DNA from: an uncultured Acidobacteriota bacterium
GTDB lineage: Bacteria; Acidobacteriota; Thermoanaerobaculia; UBA5066; Gp7-AA6
Direction: 5' to 3'
Length of the DNA stretch: 64,000 nt
NCBI GenBank assembly: GCA_963764715.1
Contig: CAVXTP010000021.1
Coordinates: forward strand, 352,001 to 416,000
The notes under the pieces were generated by a model, which did not search any database, was not told where the DNA came from, and saw only the letters and a program-made list of their open reading frames with translations. Every line of letters starts with the position of its first letter. Position 1 is the stretch's first letter. Positions 8,862 to 18,724 of this stretch are shown here, one piece after another. The translations under genes and the position numbers were made by a program.

Positions 8862-11252
8862 TCATGGAAATTGGAAGGTGTTGTACAGGAACGCCGCCAT
8901 CTGGTCGCGCCGGACGGGACTGGCTGGGCAGTAGTTGGTACCGCCGCAGCCGCTGGTAATGCCCTCGGCGGCGAGCTGCTCGATCCAGTCGGCGAAAGTC
9001 GACGGGCAGGGCACGTCGGTGAAGTCGCCGCTGCAGACGGGCGGCACGTAGCTCGAGCCGTGCTTGCTCTTCAGGAGGAAGACGGCCATCTGCTGCCGCG
9101 TCACCGGATTGGTCGGGCAATAGTTGCCGCCTCCGCAGCCGCCCGTGATCCCGGCGGCGGCGAGCGCTTCGATCCAGGGCGCGAAGCCGCTCGAGCACGG
9201 GACGTCCGGGAAGACGCCGCTGCACGGCGGCGGCACGTAGCAGAGGCCGTTCTTCGACTTCAAGAGAAACACCGCCATCTGCTGGCGGGTGACCGTGTTC
9301 AACGGGCAGTAGATCCCCGTGCCGCAGCCGACGGTGATGGCGTTGGAGACGAGCTTGGTGATGTAGAAGTAGAACTGCTGGGCGCCGGGCACGTCGCCGA
9401 AGTCCGCGATCCAACCGTTGCGCAGCGTTCCCGCCGTTCCGCTCGGATTGGTGACGACGATGTCGTTGAGCGAGCCGGCCGGCCGGGCCGGCGTGACCGC
9501 CTGGATGCTGTGGTCGTTGTTGACGACGACCCCGGTCGCGGCGGCGCCGCCGACCGTCACCGTCGCCCCGTTTTCGAGGAGCATGCCCGTCAGCGAGACC
9601 GTCGTGCCGCCGGCGGGAGGACCGGCGCCGGGACTGCTCGCGAAGACGATGCGCTGCGAGAACTCGGAGGTGTTCCCGTTCGGGTCGGTCGCCGTCGCCG
9701 TCACGACCTGGCCGGGCTGCAGGACGAACGGCACGTCGGTCGAAAACGTCGCGTTCCCGGAGCCGTCCGTCGTGACCTGGAGAGACCCCAGATAGTTCTC
9801 GCCCTGGACGTACCCCTGGGGGACCGGCACGCAGGCCGCGGTCGAATAGAGGTCGACGTCGAAGGTCGTCGAGGCGGTGCTGTTGAGGATTCCCTGGATG
9901 TTCGTCGTCGACGCGCCCGGCGTGACCGTCTTGACGATGGGGTAGTTCTGGCCGCCGTTGGGGCCGACGTCGGCGTCCCCCGGGTCGTTCGGCGTGACGC
10001 CCCCGCTTCCGCCGACGTAGAGGTCGATTCCGAGCGGGCGGTTGGCGAACATGCGGTTCCCGCGGATGCGCGCGCCCTGCGGCCCGCCGTTGGCGACGCC
10101 TCCGTAGGGAGGCCCGTTGAAGGCGATGACGTTGCCCTCGCCCGGCGAGATTCCGCCGATCGTCCAGTTGTTGCCTCCCACCGCCATCGCGCCGCCCTTG
10201 TTGCCGAGGTCGAGAGTGGCCGAGGCGTCGGTACCGATGAAGTTGCCCTGAATGACCTCTCCGGAGCCGCCCTCGCTGAGAATGCCCTGGTTCGTGCTGG
10301 CGGCGATCACGTTGTGCAGCACGTTGCAGTTCTGGTTCGGGATCGACACGCCGACGCTGTTGCCGAGAGGCAGCGTCCCGGTGACGTCGGTGCCGATGAA
10401 GTTGCCCTGGACCGTCGCCTGGGCGCCCGTGCCTCCGACGGTGTAGCCGATGCCGACGCCGTAACCCGTCCCGCCGGAGATGACGTTGCGCGAGGCCGCC
10501 GTCGGGCCGCCGATGACGACGTTGGTTCCGATGCGGACGTACACGTTGGCGTAGACGAAGCTGCCCGGGATCGTCGCCGTGCCCGCGGCGTTGGTGCCGA
10601 TGAGGTTGCCGCGGATGAGCGCGTTCGTTCCGCCGCTGTCGCCCACGAGGACCTGCGCCGCGTCGTTGCCGGAAATCACGTTCCGGTCCGCGGGATTCGT
10701 GCCGCCGACGCTGACGGCTGTGGTCTCGATGTCGACGCCGTAGCTCTGCGCTCCGGGCCGAGTGGCGCCGGCCGGGTCCGTGCCGATGAAGTTGCCGACG
10801 ATGATGGTGCCGCTCCCGGCCCCGCCCACCTGAATCCCGGCGTTCTTGCAGCGGTTGATCGCGAGCCCGCGGATCGTGACGTTGCCGGCGTTGGATATCA
10901 GGCCGTTGGTCCCGAACCCCAGCGCCGAGCCGTCGATCTCGATCCGGATCACCGCGTTGGTGCCCTGGCCGATGCCGTTCGTGTTCGCCGCCGCGCCGGG
11001 CTGCGTGTAGCCGTCGATGGTCACGGCGTCGGTGATCGCCGGCAGCGCCGTCGCCGGGACGATCGTGTGCACGCCGCTGCCGACGATGGAGAAGGCGACC
11101 GTGTCGTTGCCGGGGCTCCCGTTGGCGTCGAGGATCGCCTGGCGGAGGGACCCCGCGCCCGAATCGGCGGTCGTCGTGACCGTGTAGGTGTTCGCCGAAA
11201 CCACCGCGGCGAGCCCGAAGGCTGCCAGGCCGAGAGCTGACTTGAGACGCAC
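8862..11252 (-). CDS. Array gene 3: secreted beta-helix/IPT/SLH protein
   Basis: ORF 8862..11270; probable GTG start at 11252 after RBS GAGGAGG. Full family architecture, ends FLYNTFQFP. Confidence 0.9.
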   Translation of the reverse strand: MRLKSALGLAAFGLAAVVSANTYTVTTTADSGAGSLRQAILDANGSPGNDTVAFSIVGSGVHTIVPATALPAITDAVTIDGYTQPGAAANTNGIGQGTNAVIRIEIDGSALGFGTNGLISNAGNVTIRGLAINRCKNAGIQVGGAGSGTIIVGNFIGTDPAGATRPGAQSYGVDIETTAVSVGGTNPADRNVISGNDAAQVLVGDSGGTNALIRGNLIGTNAAGTATIPGSFVYANVYVRIGTNVVIGGPTAASRNVISGGTGYGVGIGYTVGGTGAQATVQGNFIGTDVTGTLPLGNSVGVSIPNQNCNVLHNVIAASTNQGILSEGGSGEVIQGNFIGTDASATLDLGNKGGAMAVGGNNWTIGGISPGEGNVIAFNGPPYGGVANGGPQGARIRGNRMFANRPLGIDLYVGGSGGVTPNDPGDADVGPNGGQNYPIVKTVTPGASTTNIQGILNSTASTTFDVDLYSTAACVPVPQGYVQGENYLGSLQVTTDGSGNATFSTDVPFVLQPGQVVTATATDPNGNTSEFSQRIVFASSPGAGPPAGGTTVSLTGMLLENGATVTVGGAAATGVVVNNDHSIQAVTPARPAGSLNDIVVTNPSGTAGTLRNGWIADFGDVPGAQQFYFYITKLVSNAITVGCGTGIYCPLNTVTRQQMAVFLLKSKNGLCYVPPPCSGVFPDVPCSSGFAPWIEALAAAGITGGCGGGNYCPTNPVTRQQMAVFLLKSKHGSSYVPPVCSGDFTDVPCPSTFADWIEQLAAEGITSGCGGTNYCPASPVRRDQMAAFLYNTFQFP

Positions 11253-11292
11253 GTGGACCTCCTCGTTCATGACTGGTCGGATCGCCGAACCC

Positions 11293-13683
11293 TCAAGGAA
11301 AATCGAACGTGTTGTAGAGAAAGGCGGCCATCTGGTCGCGGCGCACGGGGTTCGCCGGGCAGTAATTGCCGCCTCCGCACCCGCCCGTGATCGACTCGGC
11401 CGCGAGCTGCTCGATCCAGTCGGCGAACTGCGACGGGCAGGCCACGTCGAGGAAGTCGCCGGTGCACGGCGGCGGCACGAAGCTCGAGCCGTGGAGCGTC
11501 TTCAGGAGGAACACCGCCATCTGCTGGCGCGTGACGGGGTTGCCGGGACAGTAGTTGCCGTTGCCGCAGCCGCCGGTGATGCCCGCGGCTGCCAGGGCCT
11601 CGATCCACGGGGCGAAGGGGTTCGCGGGGCACGCGACGTCCGGGAACTGCCCCACGCAGGGAGGAGGCACGAAGCAGAGGCCGTTCTTGGACTTCAGCAG
11701 GAAGACGGCCATCTGCCCGCGCGTCACCGAGTTGAGAGGGCAGTAGTTGCCCCCTCCGCATCCGCCCGTGATGCCGTTGGAGACGAGCTTGATGATCTGG
11801 AAGTAGAACTGCTGGGCGTTGGGGACGTCGGTGAAGTTGGCGATCCAGCCGCTCGGCAGCGTCCCGGCCGTGCCGCTCGGATTCGTGACGGTCACCGGAT
11901 TGAGAGTTCCCGCCGGAAGGGCGGGTGTCAGCGCCGTGATCGTCGACGAATTGACGACGTCAACGCCGGTGGCGGCGACCCCCCCGATCGACACCGCGGC
12001 CCCGGCCTCGAAGAGCATGCCCTTGACGGCGATCGCCGTCCCGCCGGCCGCCGGTCCGGACGTCGGATTGTTGAGCGAAAAGACGATGCGCTGCGAGATC
12101 TCCGACGTGTTGCCGTCCGGATCGGTCGCCGTCGCGCTGATGCGTGCCCCCACCTCCGTGATCGCCGGCAGCGTGTGGTCGAACGAGGCGTTCCCGGAAC
12201 CGTCCGTCGTGACCTGGAAGGAGCCGAGGTACTCCTCGGCCTCCAGGAACTCCTGCGGCTGGCTCGCGCACGGAGGATTGGCGTAGACGTCGATGTCGTA
12301 GGTCTTGGAGGCCACGCTGTTCAGCACGCCCTGGACCCTCGTTCCCGTGCCCTGCGGGAGGGCCGGGCCCGCGGACGTGAGGATCGGGTAGTTCTGCAGC
12401 CCGTTGGCGCCGGAATCCCCGTCGCCGGGGTCGTTGACCTGGATCCCGAAGCTGCTGAGCTCGATACCGAGCCCCGGACCGCTCGCGGATCGGTTCTCGT
12501 AGATCCGGTTTCCGCGGATCGTGACCCGCTGGCCGCTGACCGAGACGCCCGCTCCGCTGATCGCTCCGTTGAACGCGATGGTGTTGGCCTCGCCCGGGCC
12601 CGTTCCCCCGATTGCGTTGTCGCTGCCGCTGACGGTGATGCCCGTGGTCTCGTTGCCGAGGTCGATGGTCCCGGTCGCGTCGGTGCCGAGGAAGTTGCCG
12701 CGCACGAGGCTGTTGGAGCCTCCGAGGCTGATTCCCGGCTGCGCGCCGCCGATGACGTTTCCGTCGCCGGCCGCGGTGCTTCCGATCGAATGGCCGCTGC
12801 CCCCCGTCTGGATGCCTTCTCCCTCGATCCCCAGCTCGACCGTGCCGGCGGCGTTCGTGCCGATCCGGTTGCCGCGAACTGCGTGGCCCGTGCCGGCGAG
12901 AACGACTCCCTTTCCGAGGCCCGCGATGGCGTTGTCCTCGATGACGTGGCTCGACCCGTTGACCGACACGCCGGTCGCGGCCGCTCCGCAGGCGGGGGCG
13001 AGGACGGCGTCTCCGGCCGCGGTCAGGCCGATGAGGTTGCCCTGGATCACGTGCGCCGTCGGGGAGCCCGAGTTCACGATGCCGACGCCGGTCTGGCAGC
13101 CGCCGATGAGGTTGCGGGACGCGGGCGTCGGCCCGCCGATGACCACGCCCGACTGGCCGGTGATTTCGATCTGCTTGTCGGGGTTCTGGTCGACGCGCGC
13201 GCCGCCCGCGGCGTCGGTGCCGAGGAAGCATCCCTCGACCTTGCTCGTGTCGAAGGAGCCGGCCGAGAACGAAACGCCGACGTCGCAGTTGTTGATGACG
13301 AGGCCCTTGATGGTCACGTCGCTCGCCGAGACCGTGAAGCAGGCTCCAGTGGCCGCGGCGCCGTTGACGGCCACGCGCAGGACGGTGTTCAGGCCCTGCC
13401 CGGCCGGCAGCGTGTTCACGAGCGCTCCCGTCTGCGTGTATCCGTCGATCGTGACGGCGAACGTGATCGCGGGGAGAGGGGAGGCGATGGCGATCGATTG
13501 CACCCCGCTGCCTGCGAGGTTGAAGGCGATCGTGTCGAGGCCCGCCGCGCCGTTGGCGTCGAGGATGGCCTGCCGGAGCGACCCGGCGCCCGAGTCGCTG
13601 GTGTTCGTCACGGTGAAGGTTGCCGCCGACCCCGCCGCGGCGATTCCGATAGCCACGAGTCCGGTCAGGATTCGGGTGCGCAC
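11293..13683 (-). CDS. Array gene 4: secreted beta-helix/IPT/SLH protein (796 aa)
   Basis: GTG start, signal peptide and full family architecture. Confidence 0.9.
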   Translation of the reverse strand: MRTRILTGLVAIGIAAAGSAATFTVTNTSDSGAGSLRQAILDANGAAGLDTIAFNLAGSGVQSIAIASPLPAITFAVTIDGYTQTGALVNTLPAGQGLNTVLRVAVNGAAATGACFTVSASDVTIKGLVINNCDVGVSFSAGSFDTSKVEGCFLGTDAAGGARVDQNPDKQIEITGQSGVVIGGPTPASRNLIGGCQTGVGIVNSGSPTAHVIQGNLIGLTAAGDAVLAPACGAAATGVSVNGSSHVIEDNAIAGLGKGVVLAGTGHAVRGNRIGTNAAGTVELGIEGEGIQTGGSGHSIGSTAAGDGNVIGGAQPGISLGGSNSLVRGNFLGTDATGTIDLGNETTGITVSGSDNAIGGTGPGEANTIAFNGAISGAGVSVSGQRVTIRGNRIYENRSASGPGLGIELSSFGIQVNDPGDGDSGANGLQNYPILTSAGPALPQGTGTRVQGVLNSVASKTYDIDVYANPPCASQPQEFLEAEEYLGSFQVTTDGSGNASFDHTLPAITEVGARISATATDPDGNTSEISQRIVFSLNNPTSGPAAGGTAIAVKGMLFEAGAAVSIGGVAATGVDVVNSSTITALTPALPAGTLNPVTVTNPSGTAGTLPSGWIANFTDVPNAQQFYFQIIKLVSNGITGGCGGGNYCPLNSVTRGQMAVFLLKSKNGLCFVPPPCVGQFPDVACPANPFAPWIEALAAAGITGGCGNGNYCPGNPVTRQQMAVFLLKTLHGSSFVPPPCTGDFLDVACPSQFADWIEQLAAESITGGCGGGNYCPANPVRRDQMAAFLYNTFDFP

Positions 13684-13710
13684 GCCTTTGCCTCCGCTGA
13701 TGTGGCGGGG

Positions 13711-13716
13711 ATTCTA
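13711..13716 (-). promoter_or_regulatory. Possible sigma70-type -10 element (TAGAAT) upstream of gene 4
   Basis: TAGAAT on the minus strand about 27 nt before the start, in an AT-richer patch. No clear -35. Confidence 0.35.
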
Positions 13717-13775
13717 TCCAAATCGTTCGCGCCAGCTCGGGGCCTCCGGAGCGGCATCGAAGGGCCGCCCGGTCC

Positions 13776-16136
13776 TCAGGGGAACTGGAACGTGTTGTAG
13801 AGAAACGCGGCCATCTGGTCCCGCCGGACAGCCTGGGTCGGGCAGTAGTTGGAGCCGCCGCAGCCGCCCGTGATGCCCTCGGCCGAGAGCTGCTCGATCC
13901 AGTCGGCGAACTGCGACGGGCACGGGACGTCGGCGAAGTCGCCGCTGCACGGCGGGGGCAGGTAGCTCGACCCGTGTTTCGTCTTGAGAAGGAAGACCGC
14001 CATCTGCTGGCGCGTGACCGGGTTCGCCGGGCAGTAGTTGCCGCCGCCGCAGCCGCCGGTGATCCCGGCGGCGGCGAGGGCCTCGATCCAGGGCGCGAAC
14101 CCGCTCGAGCACGGAACGTCGGGAAACGTGCTGACGCACGGCGGCGGCACGTAGCAGAGGCCGTTCTTCGACTTCAGCAGGAAGACCGCCATCTGCGCGC
14201 GCGTGACCGAGTTGAGGGGACAGTAGACGCCGGTGCCGCAGCCGGCCGTGATCCCGTTGGCGACGAGCTTGGTGATGTGGAAATGGAACTGCTGGACGCC
14301 CGGCACGTCGCTGAAGTCGGCGATCCAGCCGTTGGGCAGCGTCCCCGCGGTCCCGCTCGGATTCGCCACGGTGATCGCGTTGAGCGTTCCGGGCGAGAGC
14401 GCCGGGGATTTGGCCGTGATCGATGCGCTGCTCGTGACGTTGACGTCGGTGGCAGGAGCGCCGCCAACCGTGACCGTCGCGCCGTTCTCGAACAGCATGC
14501 CGGCGAGGGTGAAGCTCGTCCCGCCCGCCGGCGGGCCTCCACCGATGTTCGACGAGAACACCAGCCGCTGGGAGAACTCGGACGTATTGCCGTTGGGGTC
14601 GGTCGCGGTGGCGGTGATTCGGGCTCCGACCTCGACCGTCGCGGGCAGCGTGACGTCGAAGCTGGCGTTCCCCGACCCGTCGGTCGTGACCTGGGTCGAG
14701 CCGATGTAGTCCTCGCCTTCGAGGAATTCCTGGGGGCGGTTGGCGCACGCGGGGTTGGAATAGAAATCGAGGTCGAACGTCGTCGAGGCGGTGCTGTTGA
14801 GCACGCCGACGACGTGCGTTCCGGAACCGCCGGCCAGCGCCGGCCCGTCCGAGATCAGAATCGGGAAGTTCTGGAACCCATTGGGCCCCGTGTCGCCGTC
14901 GCCCGGGTCGTTGGGCGTGACACCCGCGTTGCCATTGGAGAGGTCGATCCCGAGGCCGTTGTTGGAGTAGATGCGATTGCCCCGGATGTGGACCTGCTGG
15001 CCGCTGACGGCGATGCCGCCGGTTCCAAAAGTGATGCCGTTGAACGCGATCGTGTTGCCCTCGCCCGCGCCGATGCCGCCGATCGTCATGTTCGTGCCGT
15101 CGACGTTGATGCCGATGCGGTTGCTCCCGAGGTCGATCGTGCCCGTCGGGTCGGTGCCGATGAAGTTGCCGTAGACGACGTGGCCCGAGCCGCCCAACCG
15201 CAATCCTTCGTAGAAGTTGGCCGCGGCGATGACGTTGCCGTCGCCCGGCGCCGTCCCGCCGACCGTGTGGCCGGTGCCGACGAGCGCGAAACCATGCTCG
15301 TACACTTCCAGCCGCACGGTCCCCGTCACATCCGTGCCGATGAAATTGCCCTTGAAAGTGTGCCCGGTCCCGTTCACGCTGATTCCGTTGCTCCCTCCTG
15401 CGATGACGTTGTCCCGGGCGGTGTTTCCGGATCCGTTGAAGTTCAGCGCGAACGACGTTCCCGGGCAGGCCGGGGTCAGCAGCGCGTTTCCGCTTGCCGC
15501 CAGGCCGAACAGATTCCCCTGCACGACGTGAGCCGTTCCGGCTCCGGCGAGCGTGACGCCGGCCTGGCATGCGGCGATGAGGTTGCGCGCGCCGGGCGCG
15601 GCCCCGCCGATCGTCGCGCCCGATTCGCCGGTCACGGTCACCTGGGTGCCGAAGCCCCCGTCGAGCCGCTGCGTTCCGGTCACGTCGGTCCCGATGAAGC
15701 AGCCCTCGACCTTGTTGTTCGAGAACGCGCCGTTGTTGAAGACCACGCTCCCGCCGTGGATCGAGAGGCCCCGGATGGTCGTGTCGCTCGCGGAGACGCC
15801 GAGGGATCCGACGAGCTCGATCGTGAGCACGCTGTTGAGGCCCTGGCCCACGGGATGGGTGTTCGGGCTCGAGCCCGCCTGCGTGAATCCATCGATCGTG
15901 ACCGGAGACGTGATCACCGGCAGGGCGGTCACCGGGGTGATCGTGTGAACTCCCGAGCCCGCGATGTTGAACGCGATCGTGTCGGGCCCGACGTTGGCGT
16001 TGGCGTCGAGGATCGCCTGGCGCAGCGTTCCCGCCCCGGCGTCGGCCGTCGAGGTCACCGTGTAGGTGTTGGCCAGAGCCGGAACGCCGACGAGCAGGGC
16101 CACGAGGGCCACGAGGGCCGATGTAAGACGTCGCAC
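13776..16136 (-). CDS. Array gene 5: secreted beta-helix/IPT/SLH protein (786 aa)
   Basis: C-terminal part of ORF 13776..18236; GTG start ([12 protein letters not shown]) at 16136 after RBS AAGGAGG. Confidence 0.9.
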   Translation of the reverse strand: MRRLTSALVALVALLVGVPALANTYTVTSTADAGAGTLRQAILDANANVGPDTIAFNIAGSGVHTITPVTALPVITSPVTIDGFTQAGSSPNTHPVGQGLNSVLTIELVGSLGVSASDTTIRGLSIHGGSVVFNNGAFSNNKVEGCFIGTDVTGTQRLDGGFGTQVTVTGESGATIGGAAPGARNLIAACQAGVTLAGAGTAHVVQGNLFGLAASGNALLTPACPGTSFALNFNGSGNTARDNVIAGGSNGISVNGTGHTFKGNFIGTDVTGTVRLEVYEHGFALVGTGHTVGGTAPGDGNVIAAANFYEGLRLGGSGHVVYGNFIGTDPTGTIDLGSNRIGINVDGTNMTIGGIGAGEGNTIAFNGITFGTGGIAVSGQQVHIRGNRIYSNNGLGIDLSNGNAGVTPNDPGDGDTGPNGFQNFPILISDGPALAGGSGTHVVGVLNSTASTTFDLDFYSNPACANRPQEFLEGEDYIGSTQVTTDGSGNASFDVTLPATVEVGARITATATDPNGNTSEFSQRLVFSSNIGGGPPAGGTSFTLAGMLFENGATVTVGGAPATDVNVTSSASITAKSPALSPGTLNAITVANPSGTAGTLPNGWIADFSDVPGVQQFHFHITKLVANGITAGCGTGVYCPLNSVTRAQMAVFLLKSKNGLCYVPPPCVSTFPDVPCSSGFAPWIEALAAAGITGGCGGGNYCPANPVTRQQMAVFLLKTKHGSSYLPPPCSGDFADVPCPSQFADWIEQLSAEGITGGCGGSNYCPTQAVRRDQMAAFLYNTFQFP

Positions 16137-16156
16137 GCGATGCCTCCTTTGCCGGG

Positions 16157-18574
16157 CTACGGAAGACGGAAGGCGAGGAACAGAAACGCCGCCATCTGGC
16201 CGCGCGTGACGGAGTTCGTCGGACAGAAGTTGCCGCCCCCGCAGCCGCCGGTGATGTTTTCGGCCGCGAGCTGCTCGATCCAGTCCGCGAACTGCGAGGG
16301 GCAGGGGACGTCGGGGAAGTCGCCGCTGCAGGGCGGCGGAGCGTAGCTCGCGCCGTGCTTGGCCTTCAGCAGGAAGACCGCCATCTGCTGGCGCAACACG
16401 GGATTGCCGGGGCAGTACTTGCCGCCGCCGCAGCCTCCCGTGATGCCTTCCGCGGCGAGCGCCTCGATCCAGTTCGCGAAAGTCGACGGGCAGGCCACGT
16501 CTCCGAAGGTGCCGGAGCAGGGCGGCGGTGTGTAGCAGACGCCGTACTTTCCTTTGAGGAGGAAGACCGCCATCTGCTGCCGCAGCGTGCTGTCGTTGAC
16601 CCCGTAGTTCCCGCCCCCGACGCCGGCGGTGATGTCGCTCCGGACGAGCTTGATGACGGCGCTGTGGAAGATGTTTGCGGGCGGCACATCGAGGAAGTTC
16701 GCGACCCATCCGTTGAAGAGGGTCCCGGAGGAGCCGCTCGGGTTCGTCACGACGATGTCGCTGACGCTCCCGGGCGGGAGGGCGGGCATGTTCGCGTGGA
16801 TCGCGGTGGCGCTGTCGACGACGACGCTCGAGGCGGCGGCCCCCCCCACCGTGACGGTGGCCCCGGCCTCGAAGAGCATGCCGGCGAGCGCCACGTTGGT
16901 TCCGCCGGCGGCAGGGCCGAAGAAGGGCGTGCTGGCGAAGACCAGCTCCTGCGAGAACTCGGAGGTGTTGCCGGAGGGGTCGGTCGCCGTCGCCGTGACG
17001 CGCTCGCCCGGCGCGATGTTGTCCGGCAGGACCGTGTCGAACACGCCGTTGCCCGAAGCGTCGGTCGTCACGACGATCGAGCCCATGTAGTCCTGGCCTT
17101 CGAGCAGGTCCTGGGGCCGCACGTTGCAGATCCTGTAGAAATCCACGTCGTAGGTGGTCGAGGCCTTGCTGTTCAGCGTGCCCTGGACCCGCGTGCCGTT
17201 GCCCTGCGGGATCTGGAGCGTCGCCGACGTCACGACCGGAAAGTTCTGGCGGCCGTTGGGACCCGTGTCCGCGTCGCCCGCGTCGTTGGGAGTGACGCCC
17301 GCAACGCCTCCCACGACGAGGTCGATTCCGAGGCCGTCGACAGTCGCCACCGGCCGATTGGCGTAGATCGAGTTGCCCCGGATCGTCGCCGTTCCCCCGG
17401 TGACTAAGATGCCTCCCGACGGGCTGGAGTTCTTTCCGTTGAACGCGATGAGGTTGCCTTCGCCGGGCCCGATTCCCCCGATGACCGCGCCGGTGGAGCT
17501 CGAAACCTGGATGCCGTTGCGCTGGGCGCCGAGGTCGAGCGTCCCGGTCGCGTCGGTTCCGATGAAATTTCCCCGGATGATCGGCGCGCCGGCGGCCACC
17601 CCGATGCCGTCGTAGACGCCCGCGATGGTGTTGCCGAGGATCTGGATGTTGCCGCTGCCGACGAGGCTGATCCCGCTGAACCCGTCGTTGACGAAGATCC
17701 CGCGGACGATGGCGCGCTGCCCCGTGACGTCGGTCCCGAAGAAGTTGCCCTGAATCGTGAAGTCCGCGGTGCCGAGGAGCTCGACACCCGCGGAAACGTT
17801 GCCGAAGACGTTCCTCGCGGCGGCCGTGGCGCCGCCCACGACGACTCCAGTTCCCGCGCTCAACAGCACGCCCGAGCTCGTATCCCCGACGGCGCGCAGC
17901 CAGTCCAGGCCCGACGGCTTCATCGCGATGAGGTTGCCCTGGATGACGTGTCCCGAGCCGCCGGCGATCTGAACCTGGCCGAAATTGAATCCGGAGATGA
18001 GATTCCGGTCCGCCGGCGTCGTCCCGCCGACGCGGGCTCCCGTCTGCTGGTTGATCAGCACGCCGGCGGAAATGTTTCCGTTGACGGGGATCGTCACGCC
18101 GTCGGTCTTCGTCCCGAGGAAGTTTCCCGCCACGACGTTGTTCGCCACGGCCGACGTGAGCTCGATCGCTGCGCCGGTGCAGTGGTACACCGCGAGGCCC
18201 CGGATCGTGACGTCGCTCGCCTTCGAGATCAGGCATCCGCCGAGCCCTGCGCCGTCGACCTCGATCTGGAGAACCGTGTCGAGGCCCTGGGCCGTCGAGT
18301 GGGTGTTGGGCGACGCTCCGGACTGCGTATAGCCGTCGATCGTCACCGCGCCGGTGATGTCGGGCAGCGCCGACGCGAGAGTGATCGTGTGCGGACCGGT
18401 TCCGACGATCGCGAACGCGATCGTGTCGGGGCCCGGGTTCCCGTTGGCGTCGAGGATCGCCTGGCGCAGCGTCCCGGCGCCGGAGTCGGCCGTCGACATC
18501 ACGGTGTACGTGTTGCCGGCAGCCGTCGCCGTGAGGGTCAGCAAAGCGAGGGCAAGACCGAGTCGCTGGTTCAT
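16157..18574 (-). CDS. Array gene 6: secreted beta-helix/IPT/SLH protein (805 aa)
   Basis: Start MNQRLGLALALL at 18574 after RBS AGGAGA; full family architecture. Confidence 0.9.
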   Translation of the reverse strand: MNQRLGLALALLTLTATAAGNTYTVMSTADSGAGTLRQAILDANGNPGPDTIAFAIVGTGPHTITLASALPDITGAVTIDGYTQSGASPNTHSTAQGLDTVLQIEVDGAGLGGCLISKASDVTIRGLAVYHCTGAAIELTSAVANNVVAGNFLGTKTDGVTIPVNGNISAGVLINQQTGARVGGTTPADRNLISGFNFGQVQIAGGSGHVIQGNLIAMKPSGLDWLRAVGDTSSGVLLSAGTGVVVGGATAAARNVFGNVSAGVELLGTADFTIQGNFFGTDVTGQRAIVRGIFVNDGFSGISLVGSGNIQILGNTIAGVYDGIGVAAGAPIIRGNFIGTDATGTLDLGAQRNGIQVSSSTGAVIGGIGPGEGNLIAFNGKNSSPSGGILVTGGTATIRGNSIYANRPVATVDGLGIDLVVGGVAGVTPNDAGDADTGPNGRQNFPVVTSATLQIPQGNGTRVQGTLNSKASTTYDVDFYRICNVRPQDLLEGQDYMGSIVVTTDASGNGVFDTVLPDNIAPGERVTATATDPSGNTSEFSQELVFASTPFFGPAAGGTNVALAGMLFEAGATVTVGGAAASSVVVDSATAIHANMPALPPGSVSDIVVTNPSGSSGTLFNGWVANFLDVPPANIFHSAVIKLVRSDITAGVGGGNYGVNDSTLRQQMAVFLLKGKYGVCYTPPPCSGTFGDVACPSTFANWIEALAAEGITGGCGGGKYCPGNPVLRQQMAVFLLKAKHGASYAPPPCSGDFPDVPCPSQFADWIEQLAAENITGGCGGGNFCPTNSVTRGQMAAFLFLAFRLP

Positions 18575-18596
18575 TGGGCGTTCTCCTGTCCCGAAT

Positions 18597-18623
18597 CTCG
18601 ACAAATGGCGGCGGCCGGGGTCA
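18597..18623 (-). promoter_or_regulatory. Putative ECF sigma promoter TGACCC-N12-TTTGTCGAG
   Basis: Same bipartite motif and spacing upstream of genes 6, 8, 9 and 10; here 22 nt before the ATG. Confidence 0.7.
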
Positions 18624-18672
18624 AGCGAAAACGGGCCGTGAGGCCCGTTTTGAAACAGTGGCGGCCGCGGGG

Positions 18673-18705
18673 GGGAGGCGACCCGCCCCCCGGGGCGCGC
18701 CTCCC
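18673..18705. terminator. GC-rich hairpin downstream of gene 7
   Basis: Outer stem GGGAGGCG...CGCCTCCC with inner CGCCCC/GGGGCG, lying between the gene 7 stop and the gene 6 promoter motif. Confidence 0.4.
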
Positions 18706-18724
18706 GGGCGGTCCGGAAGAGGGT

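Noticed and set aside
8650-8876. Tandem repeat as a CRISPR array
   Set aside because: Only two units with a 98-bp period, near-identical intervening sequence, no unique spacers and no cas genes.
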